Part shown: positions 28,466 to 38,930 of the stretch, in pieces | Layout of the letters: each line of letters starts with the position of its first letter | How positions within the stretch are numbered: the first letter of the stretch is position 1 | Assembly (NCBI GenBank): GCA_963665665.1 | Contig: OY762428.1 | Span: 3,072,001 to 3,136,000, forward strand | Direction: 5' to 3' | Origin: Candidatus Kapaibacterium sp. | GTDB lineage: Bacteria; Bacteroidota; Ignavibacteria; Kapaibacteriales; UBA2268 | Length of the DNA stretch: 64,000 bases | Program-made: the position numbers and the translations under genes | Notes under the pieces: model-generated | The model's input: the letters and a program-made list of their open reading frames with translations, nothing else | Database searches by the model: none | Told to the model about the DNA's origin: nothing

Positions 28466-29350
28466 ATGAATGTAAAACTATATGGTTTAAAAATGAAATT
28501 ATCAGAAATAAAAATCCTTCTGGCTTTTGTTGCAGCAGGATGTATGCTCTCAGGTTGTTCTGCCGTACAGTACCCGAGTACTATGGCAGAAGAAATTGTT
28601 GTGGACGGCAAACAGAACGACTGGTCAGGCAGTATGACTTATTTTGAAGACCCCGGGCTGATGCTGGGTATAAAGAACGATTCGGAATATTTATATATTT
28701 GTATGAGCAGTGGCAGCAGTGAAATATCAAAGCAAATCATTATGGGAGGTTTGATATTCTGGATTGATCCCGACGGCGGAAGTGATAAATTCAAGGGTAT
28801 CCGGTTTCCGCTTGGTATGGCCGGAAACAAAGCGGGCATGAGGGAAATGAAAGATATGAGACAATCAGGGATTAATGGAAATCCGGGATCAATGGAAAGG
28901 CCCGGCGAAATGAATGGTGCAGATAGAAAAAAAATGTTGGATATGATGGGCGGACGCCTGAAAATTATCAGAAGTGAGCCTGAAGAAGAATTTGTTCTGG
29001 ATATAAGTGAAGTATCAGGCGTGGAAGCAATGATTGGCGACGATAGCGGAGTATTTACAATTGAATTGAAAATTCCATTGCAAAGAAGCGAAATTAATAT
29101 GTTTGCAGCCGGAGTTGAACCTGGCGGCAAGCTGGGTTTGGGGCTTTGTACTCCAGAATTTGAAAGGCCTTCAATGTCCGGCAGCCGTGGCGGTGGCGGC
29201 GGAATGCGCCCCGGCGGTGGTATGGGCGGAATGTCCGGTGGCCGGGGAGGCGGTGGCGGAATGCGCCCCGGCGGAGGAATGCGGGCGGGAAGTTTCAGCC
29301 AGCCTGAGGAAATTGATATCTGGCTGGAAGTAAGTTTGGCTAAGAACTAA
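28466..29350 (+). CDS. Hypothetical lipoprotein with Gly/Met/Arg-rich low-complexity C-terminus
   Basis: Lipobox LSGC, VDGKQNDW motif, GGGGGMRPGGGM repeats. Confidence 0.65.
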   Translation: MNVKLYGLKMKLSEIKILLAFVAAGCMLSGCSAVQYPSTMAEEIVVDGKQNDWSGSMTYFEDPGLMLGIKNDSEYLYICMSSGSSEISKQIIMGGLIFWIDPDGGSDKFKGIRFPLGMAGNKAGMREMKDMRQSGINGNPGSMERPGEMNGADRKKMLDMMGGRLKIIRSEPEEEFVLDISEVSGVEAMIGDDSGVFTIELKIPLQRSEINMFAAGVEPGGKLGLGLCTPEFERPSMSGSRGGGGGMRPGGGMGGMSGGRGGGGGMRPGGGMRAGSFSQPEEIDIWLEVSLAKN

Positions 29351-29356
29351 ATCAAT

Positions 29357-29390
29357 AAACAAGGCTGCCTGAAAAGACAGCCTTGTTTTT
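29357..29390. terminator. Terminator between convergent genes
   Basis: AAACAAGGCTG.CT-GAAA-AG.CAGCCTTGTTTTT. Confidence 0.7.
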
Positions 29391-29414
29391 GCTTTACCTC
29401 TCTGAAATTCAATT

Positions 29415-30023
29415 TTAAAAGTAGAAGTTATAGAAAACAACTATACCGGTAGTTTCATGCCCGTATTCTTCAGGAATGCTAATTGATATAAAGCCGGATA
29501 TTTTTTTCAGGTCATAATCAGTTTGCAGGAAAATGTTCGACATAAGCTGTGTTCCCTTGTACTCATAGGTGAAATTGCTGCTGTCTTCAATCATGCTTAA
29601 CGAACTCCAGCGCCCGCTGTTCCTTGGCTGGCTGAGCGATTCAACGCCATCAATCTTCGATGAATCAAGTTCAACTCTGAACGAGCTGACTCTGTCCATT
29701 CTATTGCCGAATATATTTGCAGGCAGAGGGCTTTCAATTTCCAGGTCAATCCATAATCCTGGCTGTGCAAGGCTTGTATCCATAAATACATCGGATTTGT
29801 TGATATTATTTGGCCTCATCCATTCGTACTGTAATTCGCCGTCGGCATAAAGTTCCATTACCTGCCAGTAAACACTGTCAATACGGAATTTGGTATCAGC
29901 AGGAGTAGTTGTGTCGCCAGGGTTCAGTACTGTTTTCTTCACATAAGGGTCAATTGTGGAAGCCTCCTCGCAGCTGACAACAAGGAGTATAAAAGATATT
30001 GATATTATAATTTTTCTAATCAT
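29415..30023 (-). CDS. Hypothetical lipoprotein, third gene of the ECF operon
   Basis: Lipobox VVSC after a hydrophobic stretch; 7 bp from the upstream gene. Confidence 0.65.
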   Translation of the reverse strand: MIRKIIISISFILLVVSCEEASTIDPYVKKTVLNPGDTTTPADTKFRIDSVYWQVMELYADGELQYEWMRPNNINKSDVFMDTSLAQPGLWIDLEIESPLPANIFGNRMDRVSSFRVELDSSKIDGVESLSQPRNSGRWSSLSMIEDSSNFTYEYKGTQLMSNIFLQTDYDLKKISGFISISIPEEYGHETTGIVVFYNFYF

Positions 30024-30030
30024 CGTATCC

Positions 30031-31296
30031 TCAGAATTTGAATATTACTCCGTAATGCAGGCCAAGTTTTTTTGAACTGTAGGAGTTTCCGTCATTCCTG
30101 TATTGCAGGTAGGAACCTTCAAGGCCTGCTTTAAAACCATAAGCCCGGGAAGGCCAGTAATTGAAACCAATCATAAACCTGCCAACAGGCCCTGCCTTAT
30201 TCACAGAGAGGCCGGTTTGAGCAAATGCAGAAATAATATTCTGGTACAATGGCAGGCTGTATTTCAATAGAAGGCCGCCGCTTAAATAATTCGTATTCTG
30301 CTCGTATGCATAAAATAAAGTATCTTCGTATCCTCTGAAGTTCTGGTAGAAGTATTCCTGCCTGACATCCAGGCCGATTTCGAAATTATTACCGAGATCG
30401 TAGAACAAAGTAAGGCCGGAATTATTAAAAATAGGATTGGTTGACTGATTTACTGTTTCTCCCGGAAAATTCCAATACTCGCTGCCCCTGAATTCCAATG
30501 CTAACCCGATTGGTACGCCGGATCCCGCATCTATGGATAGTGGGTGATAAGAAATAGTTCTGCCTGCAGGTAAAATCCCCTGGCTCGGGTAGCCCGTGTT
30601 TCGTTCAGGTTCTGATAGTCCGGGCCTTTGGTTTGAGGCAAGTATTATTGGATTATTGTCAGATTTATAAGAATTTTCATTTTTGTCGCTCACTTCAGAT
30701 AATATCGGAGCCCCGTATTTCCTGTAATATTCATCAACATCTATTGGCCGGTCAACATATTTAATAATTATTTTCGGATCAGCTGCCTGTTTTTCGGATT
30801 GGTCGTTTTCAATATTATCCGATGATACAATAACAGGAATGTTATTTCCTTTGCTGTTGCCGTCCTCGAAATCGGAAGGAGGATAGTTATAATAATCTGA
30901 AGCATATTCTTCATGCCCGGAGCTGCCGGTTCCGGAATTCATTAGAAGGAATACAACAATACCTGAAATCAGTGCGCTTGCAGCACTGCTAATAATGGTG
31001 TTAGAATATTTACCAAGCATTAATCCGAGACGATTCCAGAAGCTTCCTGCAGCAACGACATTTCCGGAGGTATTCTCAATACCAAGGGCTGCAAATATAT
31101 TACCGGTACTTTCCGGCCGGGGAGTAAATGCTTCGGCATCAAATTTCGGCATGGATTCGAACTCTATATATCGCTTCAGTTCGGATCTCAGTTCGGGATT
31201 GGCAGACATAGCATGGAAGAGTTTGTCTTCCATCTCTGTTGGCAGCTGGCCATCCACGAAGTCATGTAATAATGATATATTGTCCATTTTATTCAC
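30031..31296 (-). CDS. Putative anti-sigma factor: N-terminal anti-sigma domain, TM helix, disordered linker, C-terminal beta-barrel
   Basis: LLHDFVDGQL...ELRSEL anti-sigma-like N-terminus; TM around aa 100-118; amphipathic strands ending in LHYGVIFKF; directly downstream of the ECF sigma. Confidence 0.65.
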   Translation of the reverse strand: MNKMDNISLLHDFVDGQLPTEMEDKLFHAMSANPELRSELKRYIEFESMPKFDAEAFTPRPESTGNIFAALGIENTSGNVVAAGSFWNRLGLMLGKYSNTIISSAASALISGIVVFLLMNSGTGSSGHEEYASDYYNYPPSDFEDGNSKGNNIPVIVSSDNIENDQSEKQAADPKIIIKYVDRPIDVDEYYRKYGAPILSEVSDKNENSYKSDNNPIILASNQRPGLSEPERNTGYPSQGILPAGRTISYHPLSIDAGSGVPIGLALEFRGSEYWNFPGETVNQSTNPIFNNSGLTLFYDLGNNFEIGLDVRQEYFYQNFRGYEDTLFYAYEQNTNYLSGGLLLKYSLPLYQNIISAFAQTGLSVNKAGPVGRFMIGFNYWPSRAYGFKAGLEGSYLQYRNDGNSYSSKKLGLHYGVIFKF

Positions 31297-31312
31297 TTTT
31301 AATTAATCCTTC

Positions 31313-31879
31313 TCAATCAGATAAATCGTTGACATAGGGTTCCAAAATCTTTTTAATTTTTTCTTTTGCCCTGAAAACTCTTTTTCGTGCATTCTCGGGT
31401 GTGATTTCAAGTATTTCAGCAATTTCTTTATAATTCAAGCCATTATATATTCTTAATATTAATGGTTCTTTGTATTCAAAATCAAGCAGGGACATGGCAA
31501 ATTGCAAGAGTTTCTGGTTTTCTTCCCTGTCTCCCTGCTTATCAAAATCAAATATCTGATGATAATCTTCAAAAGGTACTGTCGGCTTTCTGTCTCTTTT
31601 AGAATTTAAGCAAAGATTTCTGGCTATTGTTATCAGGAAGCCTGCTGTTGTGCCGTTTGTATAGTCCGTTTTCACTTTCTGATAAAACCTGATAAAAGTA
31701 TCCTGGAAAATATCTTCGGCAAGGTCCGGGTCGGATAGCGTTTTCAGGCAATAAGCATGTATTCGGGCTGAATATCTGGAATAAATGTGCCTGAAAGCTT
31801 CATTGGATTCATCCTTGCTTCCGTTTTTCAGAATTTTTATCAATTCCTTATCATTATATGTGTTGAATTTTTTATTCAT
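31313..31879 (-). CDS. ECF family RNA polymerase sigma factor
   Basis: Region 2 AEDIFQDTF...FLITIARNLCLN; region 4 GLNYKEIAEILEI...RKRVFRAK. Confidence 0.93.
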   Translation of the reverse strand: MNKKFNTYNDKELIKILKNGSKDESNEAFRHIYSRYSARIHAYCLKTLSDPDLAEDIFQDTFIRFYQKVKTDYTNGTTAGFLITIARNLCLNSKRDRKPTVPFEDYHQIFDFDKQGDREENQKLLQFAMSLLDFEYKEPLILRIYNGLNYKEIAEILEITPENARKRVFRAKEKIKKILEPYVNDLSD

Positions 31880-32216
31880 CTATCAGAAAACTTCCTACAA
31901 CTATTTATATAAAGTACACTGCAACAATAGGAATGTGACAAGATCCTGTAAATAATTTGTTCTGGCAATTCCAGGGATAATAATTATTGCAAAGCCCTGC
32001 CTGCTAAAATTGATAAGTCAACTATATAGTACTAAATAATACTAACGCATTAATTAATATTTTGATTCGCAGAAAGTTCCTTTCCGGCTAATCAGGCTTT
32101 CTTATGTTTATTTTGTCCTGAATATGCTGAAAAGAGATTTTATTCTGTCTTTACTTTTCTTTTACAGTCATATTTATTATCTTTATTTAAAAATTAAGTT
32201 AACCCTCGGAGGCACT

Positions 32217-34268
32217 ATGAAATATCTTATTTACTTTTTTATGTTCAATATTTTTGTTTTTTCTTCCAATGCCGAAGATTACTGGGAGAAGACATCAGGG
32301 CCGGAAGGAGCAACAATTTATTCTATTGTGGCCGGTGACAACGGCATTCTGTATGCCGGCGCTTACAACAGGATTTATAAAAGCACGAATAACGGTGAAG
32401 AATGGGCTGAGGTATTTTACGATTATCTGACAAATAATTTTACATCACTGATGATAAGTTCTGACGGTAATGTCCATGCCGGCTGCAGAGGATTTATTTA
32501 TAAATCAACTGATAATGGTAATGAATGGAAAATGACCACCAGGAACCTTGATCATTTCGAAGCTACTGCTATGGCCGAAGGCAGAGACGGCGTTCTATAT
32601 ACCGGTACGAACGGCTATGGAGTTTTTCGTTCCACTGATTCGGGAAATAAATGGGAAAAATACAATACAGGCCTTGACAGTGCTATGAAGGTGAGTGGTA
32701 TTGCTATAGATAACGATAACAGAATATTTATCTCCACTAATGACGGCATTTATTACAGCGATAACGACGGTGAAAAATGGGTAAAAGATCTGAGCGTGAT
32801 TGGCTCTGATGAACATTATATTGATATTAAGATTACTTCCACCGGTTCGTTGGTTGCGATTACAAAAGAAAGGGTGCTTCACATGCCGCCGGATCATCCC
32901 TGGATTGATATTTCATCCGCTTTTGATTCAACATTATCTTTCACAACAATCGCTGTTGGAGATATGGGAATTTTTTACCTCGGTACCGAAAAAACTTCAA
33001 TTTTTAAATATTTCTCGGGTGTAACCGGCTGGCTGCCAATAGATGATGCTGCAAATCAGGAAATACTTTGTATTGCTCTCGACAGCGAAAATAATATTTA
33101 TTCCTCGGTAATCAGGGCGGGATTATATTTAATGAAAAGCAATGAAACAACTTTTTCCGGAATCGGAAACGGCTTTTCTCCATTCAGTATCAATTCTGTT
33201 GCTATTGATAATAATAATTACATATATGCGGCAACTCTTTCGGGCGGGCTTTTTAAATCGGAGGATGACGGCCTTACCTGGAATGTTTTGCCTGATTTGC
33301 CGATGATTGATATTAAACGCATAGTTTGTTCTGAATATAATAATTACCTTTATGCCGGTTCGGTGAGCGGCCTTTACATAAGTACTGATTCCGGCGACAG
33401 TTGGACAAAAAAATCAGATACTTCTATTGCATGCATTCTTCCGACAGGAGAAAACGAATTGCTTATTGGTACTGCTGCAAAAGGTGTTTTTAAAACAGAC
33501 GGGCTGGCTGATAACTGGACCCAAATAAACTCGGGTATAGATATATCTGCCATTGGATCTGTTGAAACTATAATTAAAACAACCGACGGTAGTTTGTTCA
33601 TGGGTATGAAAGGCTATCTTGGCGGCGTGTACCGTTCTGATGATAACGGGGAAACATGGTTGAAGAAAGACCTTGGGCTTGGTTCCCTGAGCGCCAGCAA
33701 GCTTCTTGAAGTGAGTGAAAACCTGATTTTGATTGCCACAATGGACGGGCAGGTTCTGAGAACTACTGATAAGGGTGAAATGTGGGAATGGTATTCACAG
33801 GATATGCTTGCTACTCTTGTGCATGACCTGATAAAAACCTCTCAGGGCAGAGTTTACGCAGCAACATACGGGCATGGCGTTTATGAATTAAACATCGGGA
33901 ATAGAAGATGGATTAATTATACTGATGGTATGGATGTACCAACGGCAACTTCTCTTGCAGAAAACAGCGATGGTTATATTTTCGCCGGAACAGTAATTGG
34001 CGGAGTATACAAAAGTATCCTTCCCGGTGTTGGTGTTGATGAAAAGGGAAATGAGAAAGGTTTGGTATATCCAAACCCGGTTGAAGATTTCCTTTATATT
34101 GATTCTGATTACTATAGCAGCCTGACAATAGCAGATTATTCCGGCAGAACAATCGGGGTTTACAATTATCGGAAAAGAATTGATTTCTCACAATTCCCCT
34201 CCGGATTATATTTTATCAGGGTGGAAATTGATGGCAGAACCAAAGATTATAAAGTAGTAAAAATGTGA
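32217..34268 (+). CDS. Secreted BNR/Asp-box beta-propeller protein with T9SS CTD
   Basis: Many S-x-D-x-G-x-x-W Asp boxes; CTD VYPNPV...DYSGR...SGLYFIRV...KVVK; ATG 32217 after GGAGG. Confidence 0.85.
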   Translation: MKYLIYFFMFNIFVFSSNAEDYWEKTSGPEGATIYSIVAGDNGILYAGAYNRIYKSTNNGEEWAEVFYDYLTNNFTSLMISSDGNVHAGCRGFIYKSTDNGNEWKMTTRNLDHFEATAMAEGRDGVLYTGTNGYGVFRSTDSGNKWEKYNTGLDSAMKVSGIAIDNDNRIFISTNDGIYYSDNDGEKWVKDLSVIGSDEHYIDIKITSTGSLVAITKERVLHMPPDHPWIDISSAFDSTLSFTTIAVGDMGIFYLGTEKTSIFKYFSGVTGWLPIDDAANQEILCIALDSENNIYSSVIRAGLYLMKSNETTFSGIGNGFSPFSINSVAIDNNNYIYAATLSGGLFKSEDDGLTWNVLPDLPMIDIKRIVCSEYNNYLYAGSVSGLYISTDSGDSWTKKSDTSIACILPTGENELLIGTAAKGVFKTDGLADNWTQINSGIDISAIGSVETIIKTTDGSLFMGMKGYLGGVYRSDDNGETWLKKDLGLGSLSASKLLEVSENLILIATMDGQVLRTTDKGEMWEWYSQDMLATLVHDLIKTSQGRVYAATYGHGVYELNIGNRRWINYTDGMDVPTATSLAENSDGYIFAGTVIGGVYKSILPGVGVDEKGNEKGLVYPNPVEDFLYIDSDYYSSLTIADYSGRTIGVYNYRKRIDFSQFPSGLYFIRVEIDGRTKDYKVVKM

Positions 34269-34634
34269 TATGTTTGTTGAATTGCATTATTTTTTTATAG
34301 ATTTAATTGTGAAAACAGGCTTTGAAAATTTGGATGCCTGCATTTCGGTTATTTTTTTGTGAATTTTTATATTCATATCTGGCCTGATAAATATATGATT
34401 TCAAAATATATAGTAATGATCAGAAAACCAGGTGTTAGTTTGATTGAAAGTCACAGTAAAGAATTTAAAAAAAATAGTAAAAAATTATTTGTATATATTA
34501 CAAAAACAGCTTAAATTTGTATCTCTGTTTGAGACGGTGATGTGAACATTGAAATAAAAAATATTTGCAGGAAATAATAAAAATTATTAAATTGCATTCC
34601 TGTTGAAAACAGACTGAACGAATTGAAAATTTAA

Positions 34635-34707
34635 TGCCCTGTGGTGTAATTGGCAACACGTCTGACTCTGGATCAGAAGAGTTCAGGTTCGAGCCCTGAC
34701 GGGGCAG
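34635..34707 (+). tRNA. tRNA-Gln (anticodon CTG), CCA not encoded
   Basis: Acceptor TGCCCTG/CGGGGCA, D-arm GTGTAATTGGCAACAC, anticodon arm TCTGA-CTCTGGA-TCAGA, T-loop GGTTCGAGCC. Confidence 0.95.
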
Positions 34708-34719
34708 CTCAAATAAAAT

Positions 34720-34753
34720 AAAGGACTTAGCAAAACACTAAGTCCTTTTTTTT
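34720..34753 (+). terminator. Terminator after tRNA-Gln
   Basis: AAAGGACTTAG-loop-CTAAGTCCTTTTTTTT. Confidence 0.8.
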
Positions 34754-34917
34754 ATTATGGAAAATTATATTACAGGATGATGTTTTAATTAATTGGATAT
34801 GCTGAATAATTTTTTCAACCTTTGTATCTTTTTCGTAATTTAACATCAGGTTATAATATCATATATTTTGAAAATGGAATTAACTAAAACAGATGTATCA
34901 CTATTCGTGGAAAAAAA

Positions 34918-35682
34918 ATGAAAAACGTCACTACTCTTTTAATGCTGTTCGTTTTGCTTATTATCACATCCTGTTCAGATGACAGTACGTCGGTATCAAC
35001 CTCGGATAATTTAATTAATTTTTCGAAGGGCAATTACTGGATTTTTGATACTTACTCTGTTGATAAAGATCTAAACAGAACCGGCCAAAAATATCGTGAT
35101 TCTATTGTAGCAGAGACAAATGAAACTTTCCAGGGAAAGGATTCATGGTTTTTTGTCAGATACAGGGACAAAGCAAATTACGACACACTGATTCTTTCTG
35201 TTGAAGAAACCAAAGTTTATCGCTACCTGCGGCCTCATGAAATTGATCTGCCGGGATTCAGTGCCCAGTGGATATCATTCGCGGAATTAACCGATACATG
35301 GTTTGTTACAAGATCAGACGTTCTTATAGATGTAGAATATGAAAACTTTACAGACACATCTACTGCAAACTATATTGTTAATGGTTACAACGACGGGCAG
35401 GATACTGTTTTACTATTTGAAGATAACAATGCTATAGGTACGAAGTTCAGAATTAAAAATGATATGTCTGTTTCTTTCAGCAAACCCAATAGCACATGTG
35501 ATTTTAAGCTCACAAGAGCTAAACAAACAACATACAGCTTGTCCAAAGAAACCGGGATAATCAGAATTATCAAGCATCCGTATTTGAAAAAGGTAACAAG
35601 CTATTGCGATGAAATTCCCGGCAAAGAAGAATGGACAGACGGAGAAGTAAGTGAGATAATGGGATATCATGTTAATTTCTGA
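34918..35682 (+). CDS. Hypothetical lipoprotein
   Basis: Lipobox ITSC followed by SDD; KGNYWIF motif seen in FCB lipoproteins. Confidence 0.7.
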   Translation: MKNVTTLLMLFVLLIITSCSDDSTSVSTSDNLINFSKGNYWIFDTYSVDKDLNRTGQKYRDSIVAETNETFQGKDSWFFVRYRDKANYDTLILSVEETKVYRYLRPHEIDLPGFSAQWISFAELTDTWFVTRSDVLIDVEYENFTDTSTANYIVNGYNDGQDTVLLFEDNNAIGTKFRIKNDMSVSFSKPNSTCDFKLTRAKQTTYSLSKETGIIRIIKHPYLKKVTSYCDEIPGKEEWTDGEVSEIMGYHVNF

Positions 35683-35728
35683 AATCAAACTTCAGCTGTA
35701 ACAATAGAAAAACAAATTCTTAAAATAT

Positions 35729-35758
35729 TTAAAGCCGGCCTTTCGGGGTTGGCTTTAA
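35729..35758. terminator. Terminator-like hairpin between convergent genes
   Basis: TTAAAGCCGGCC-TTTCGG-GGTTGGCTTTAA. Confidence 0.55.
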
Positions 35759-35895
35759 TTATTATATGTGGTCAGGAATCCGGTAAATTTTTCATGCACT
35801 AACAACCGGGGAGTATTATTATCGGGATTATCAGCGTGGGCAGTACTTTCTGATAGACATCGGTAATAGTAACTAAGAATCATGAATCAACCGGT

Positions 35896-36648
35896 TCAGT
35901 TCAATTCTCTATTTTCACTTTCTGAATTATACTTTACAATCTCAACCCAGTTAATATCCCCATCTTCGGAACAGTATTCGATAGCAAATTCTCTAACAAA
36001 TTTAGTTATCATTTTGGCATAAGATTTTAAAAATTCTTCATTTCTTTCTTTGGCTTTATGTCCCAGGGGATAAATAAGGTTTGTATATAGATTATCATCT
36101 CCCGATATAAAAGCCCAGAAATCCTGTCCGCAGAATTTATAATAGTTATCTTTTTTCAATGGAGTCTTGTCCTTTCCGTAACAACAACCATTTACTGGAA
36201 TAACATTGATAGTTGAATTACTTGTTTTTAAAATTCTGGAAGCAGTATTAAAATCAGAAATCATTTTTTTAATTTGGCTGCTATTTCCCCAATTAGGGCC
36301 TGATTTTATTGAAACTATATATCTGATTGTATCCTTATCAAATTCCAGGTCGATTCCTCTTGCAGATGATTTCCAACCGCCGTAAACTTCGCCGCAAATA
36401 AATATTGCCAGTTCTTCTAACCAGTCTCCGAATAATGTTTCTTCATTTGATGATATGAAAGCATCAGTTATACTACGTATTAATTGTTCAGGGGTTTGTA
36501 AATGTTTAGCCTTAAAAAGATAAGGGTTTTTTCTCTTCAAAACTGTCTTCAATTCTAAACTATTAATCTTTTGAATTCTCTTATCATGAAAAGAAGAAAT
36601 ATTTTGTTCAACGTATTCAACTACTTTTGAAATTTTTATGGGCTTCAT
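35896..36648 (-). CDS. Type II restriction endonuclease (EcoO109I/PmeII-like family)
   Basis: KRKNPYLF, SSNEETLFGDWLEELA, GIDLEF...SIKSGPNWGNSSQ PD-(D/E)xK-like core; overlaps the MTase gene. Confidence 0.75.
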   Translation of the reverse strand: MKPIKISKVVEYVEQNISSFHDKRIQKINSLELKTVLKRKNPYLFKAKHLQTPEQLIRSITDAFISSNEETLFGDWLEELAIFICGEVYGGWKSSARGIDLEFDKDTIRYIVSIKSGPNWGNSSQIKKMISDFNTASRILKTSNSTINVIPVNGCCYGKDKTPLKKDNYYKFCGQDFWAFISGDDNLYTNLIYPLGHKAKERNEEFLKSYAKMITKFVREFAIEYCSEDGDINWVEIVKYNSESENRELN

Positions 36649-37528
36649 AATTAACTCCGGGTTCGAATAGAACTAATTCACGCTTTTCAAATTTATTTTT
36701 CACAATATTATAATAATCCTCAAGAATTTCAATACCTATTGAATTTCTACCCATTCTTTCAGCAACAATGTTGGTTGTTCCGGAACCCATGAAAGGATCC
36801 AAAACAGTATCTCCAGGTAAAGTAAATAATTTAATAAACCATTCCGGCAAAGATTCCGGAAAAGCAGCGCTATGATTTTTATTATTACATTCGGTAGCAA
36901 GATGAAGAACATTTGTGGGGTATGCCATATCTCTGTGCAGCCAATTAGAAATGTTTTTTCCAAAACCACTTCCCACTTTGGATTCGTCTCTGGTTTTATC
37001 CGTATCGCTTAAATTTTTGAGTCTTGTTTTCGCCCAATTGCCAACAGGCACCATAACAGCTTCCTGATACATGTTAAATTTTTTTGATTTATTAAACTGT
37101 AATAGCCTTTCCCATGAATCCCTAAAACGGTTAGGCCATTTTCCCGGATATGAGTTTTTCTTATGCCAGATGAACTCCTCTGTCCATAACCAACCTCTTT
37201 TCCTCATTTCGACTATTAATTCAAGAACATAAGTTGATCTTTCACCGTTCTTTACTTTTTCTTTAATGTTTAATATAAAAGTACCATCCTGTTTTAAAAC
37301 TCTTTTAAATTGATCTGCTTTTCCCATGAACCAGGAAACATATTCTTCTGGTTTAATACCGCCATAAGTATTCTTTCTTTGATCGGCATACGGAGGTGAG
37401 GTAAAAATTAAATCTACACTTTCATCAAGGATTTTATTTAAAATATTCTCGCAATCTCCAAGATATAAGTTAGTTATACTTTTTCCTGTATCAAATGTAT
37501 CAGTCATATAAATATTATCTATTATCAT
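36617..37528 (-). CDS. Beta-class DNA amino-methyltransferase (probably N4-cytosine)
   Basis: Motif IV TSPPY precedes motif I VLDPFMGSGTT; HSAAFP. Confidence 0.9.
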   Translation of the reverse strand: MIIDNIYMTDTFDTGKSITNLYLGDCENILNKILDESVDLIFTSPPYADQRKNTYGGIKPEEYVSWFMGKADQFKRVLKQDGTFILNIKEKVKNGERSTYVLELIVEMRKRGWLWTEEFIWHKKNSYPGKWPNRFRDSWERLLQFNKSKKFNMYQEAVMVPVGNWAKTRLKNLSDTDKTRDESKVGSGFGKNISNWLHRDMAYPTNVLHLATECNNKNHSAAFPESLPEWFIKLFTLPGDTVLDPFMGSGTTNIVAERMGRNSIGIEILEDYYNIVKNKFEKRELVLFEPGVNYEAHKNFKSS

Positions 37529-37980
37529 TTATTCAAAATAAAATATTAAATATATACATATCATTTTCTTAAACAAAATTTTTTTTCTTAGCAAAAAAAT
37601 TCTTAGATTGCACGACTGTAGGTTGACGTTAAAGTATATGCTTTAGAATTTGAGAGTTAGGAAAAAAGATGCGGCAGATATCACGATATGAAAAATACAT
37701 GGCTTCGGTAGAAGAGCACGCAGTATTTCCCAAGTTCAACCTTCCAAAAACCAGGGCAAGCAAAATAGTTCAGTTTAAGCATTACCAAACAGATGCCCCC
37801 ATCTGAATTTTGCCATATGGCCTCTGGTATATACCCGGATTTGGCCGGCAATATTAACATTTCACGCAGCATAATGAGACAATTGATCTTAATAATCCAC
37901 AAGGATTATTAATTATTGGGATAGATAATTGAAAAATATTAAGCATAGCTTATTAATTTATAAACACAGGAGATCTTACA

Positions 37981-38904
37981 ATGACTAAGGATTTTTTGAA
38001 AGTTTCAGACTTCAGCACAGAGGAAATTCTAAAAACCTTTGATATCGCACTTGACATGAAAAATGACCGCATGAAATATTCTGAAGCCCTTAAAGGCCAG
38101 ACTCTTGCGCTCATATTTGAAAAACCTTCACTCCGCACAAGAACTACATTTGACGTTGGTATCCAGCAGCTTGGCGGATATTCCATATATCTTTCTCCCG
38201 CGGAAATCAACCTTGGTAAAAGGGAATCAGTTTATGACGTTGCCAAAAACCTTGAAAGAATGGTACAGGGTATCATGATCCGTACATTTGCTCATTCAGT
38301 TGTTGACGGCTTGTCAGAATATGCAAAAATTCCGATTATTAACGGCCTTACCGATTATACTCACCCATGCCAGGCAATGGCTGATTTCCTTACAATCAAA
38401 GAATATAAAGGCGATTTCAAAGGCCGTAAACTTACTTATGTTGGCGATGGTAACAATGTTGCTCATTCGCTCATGCTTGCAGGCGCCCGCCTTGGTGTTA
38501 GTGTTACAGTTGCTTGCCCCATGGGATACGAACCAAACATGAGAATTTATAACGAAGCTACTGCAATAGGTAAAGAAACCGGCTCTGAAATAGTAGTTAC
38601 AAGCTGTGCCAAAACAGGTGTTAAAGATGCTGATGCTGTTTATACAGACGTTTGGGCATCAATGGGACAGGAAGAAGAAGCTGCTGAACGCAGGAAAATA
38701 TTCCTTCCTTACCAGGTAAACGAAGACCTTATGGCAAATGCAAAATCAGATGCTATCTTTATGCACTGCCTGCCGGCACACCGTGGCGACGAAGTAACTG
38801 ACGGTGTAATTGATGCTGACAATTCTGTTGTATTTCCGGAAGCAGAAAACAGGCTTCACGCACAGAAAGCTATCATGTATCAGCTGATGAAAGATGTTAA
38901 ATAA
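37981..38904 (+). CDS. argF: Ornithine carbamoyltransferase (likely catabolic, ArcB role)
   Basis: FEKPSLRT, HPCQAMAD, ornithine-specific DVWASMG, FMHCLP, EAENRLH. Confidence 0.95.
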   Translation: MTKDFLKVSDFSTEEILKTFDIALDMKNDRMKYSEALKGQTLALIFEKPSLRTRTTFDVGIQQLGGYSIYLSPAEINLGKRESVYDVAKNLERMVQGIMIRTFAHSVVDGLSEYAKIPIINGLTDYTHPCQAMADFLTIKEYKGDFKGRKLTYVGDGNNVAHSLMLAGARLGVSVTVACPMGYEPNMRIYNEATAIGKETGSEIVVTSCAKTGVKDADAVYTDVWASMGQEEEAAERRKIFLPYQVNEDLMANAKSDAIFMHCLPAHRGDEVTDGVIDADNSVVFPEAENRLHAQKAIMYQLMKDVK

Positions 38905-38930
38905 TATTAGCAAAGCATCACGAGGTTAAT

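Noticed and set aside
34635-37600. Integrative element with att sites at tRNA-Gln
   Set aside because: No integrase and no repeat of the tRNA 3' end detected by eye
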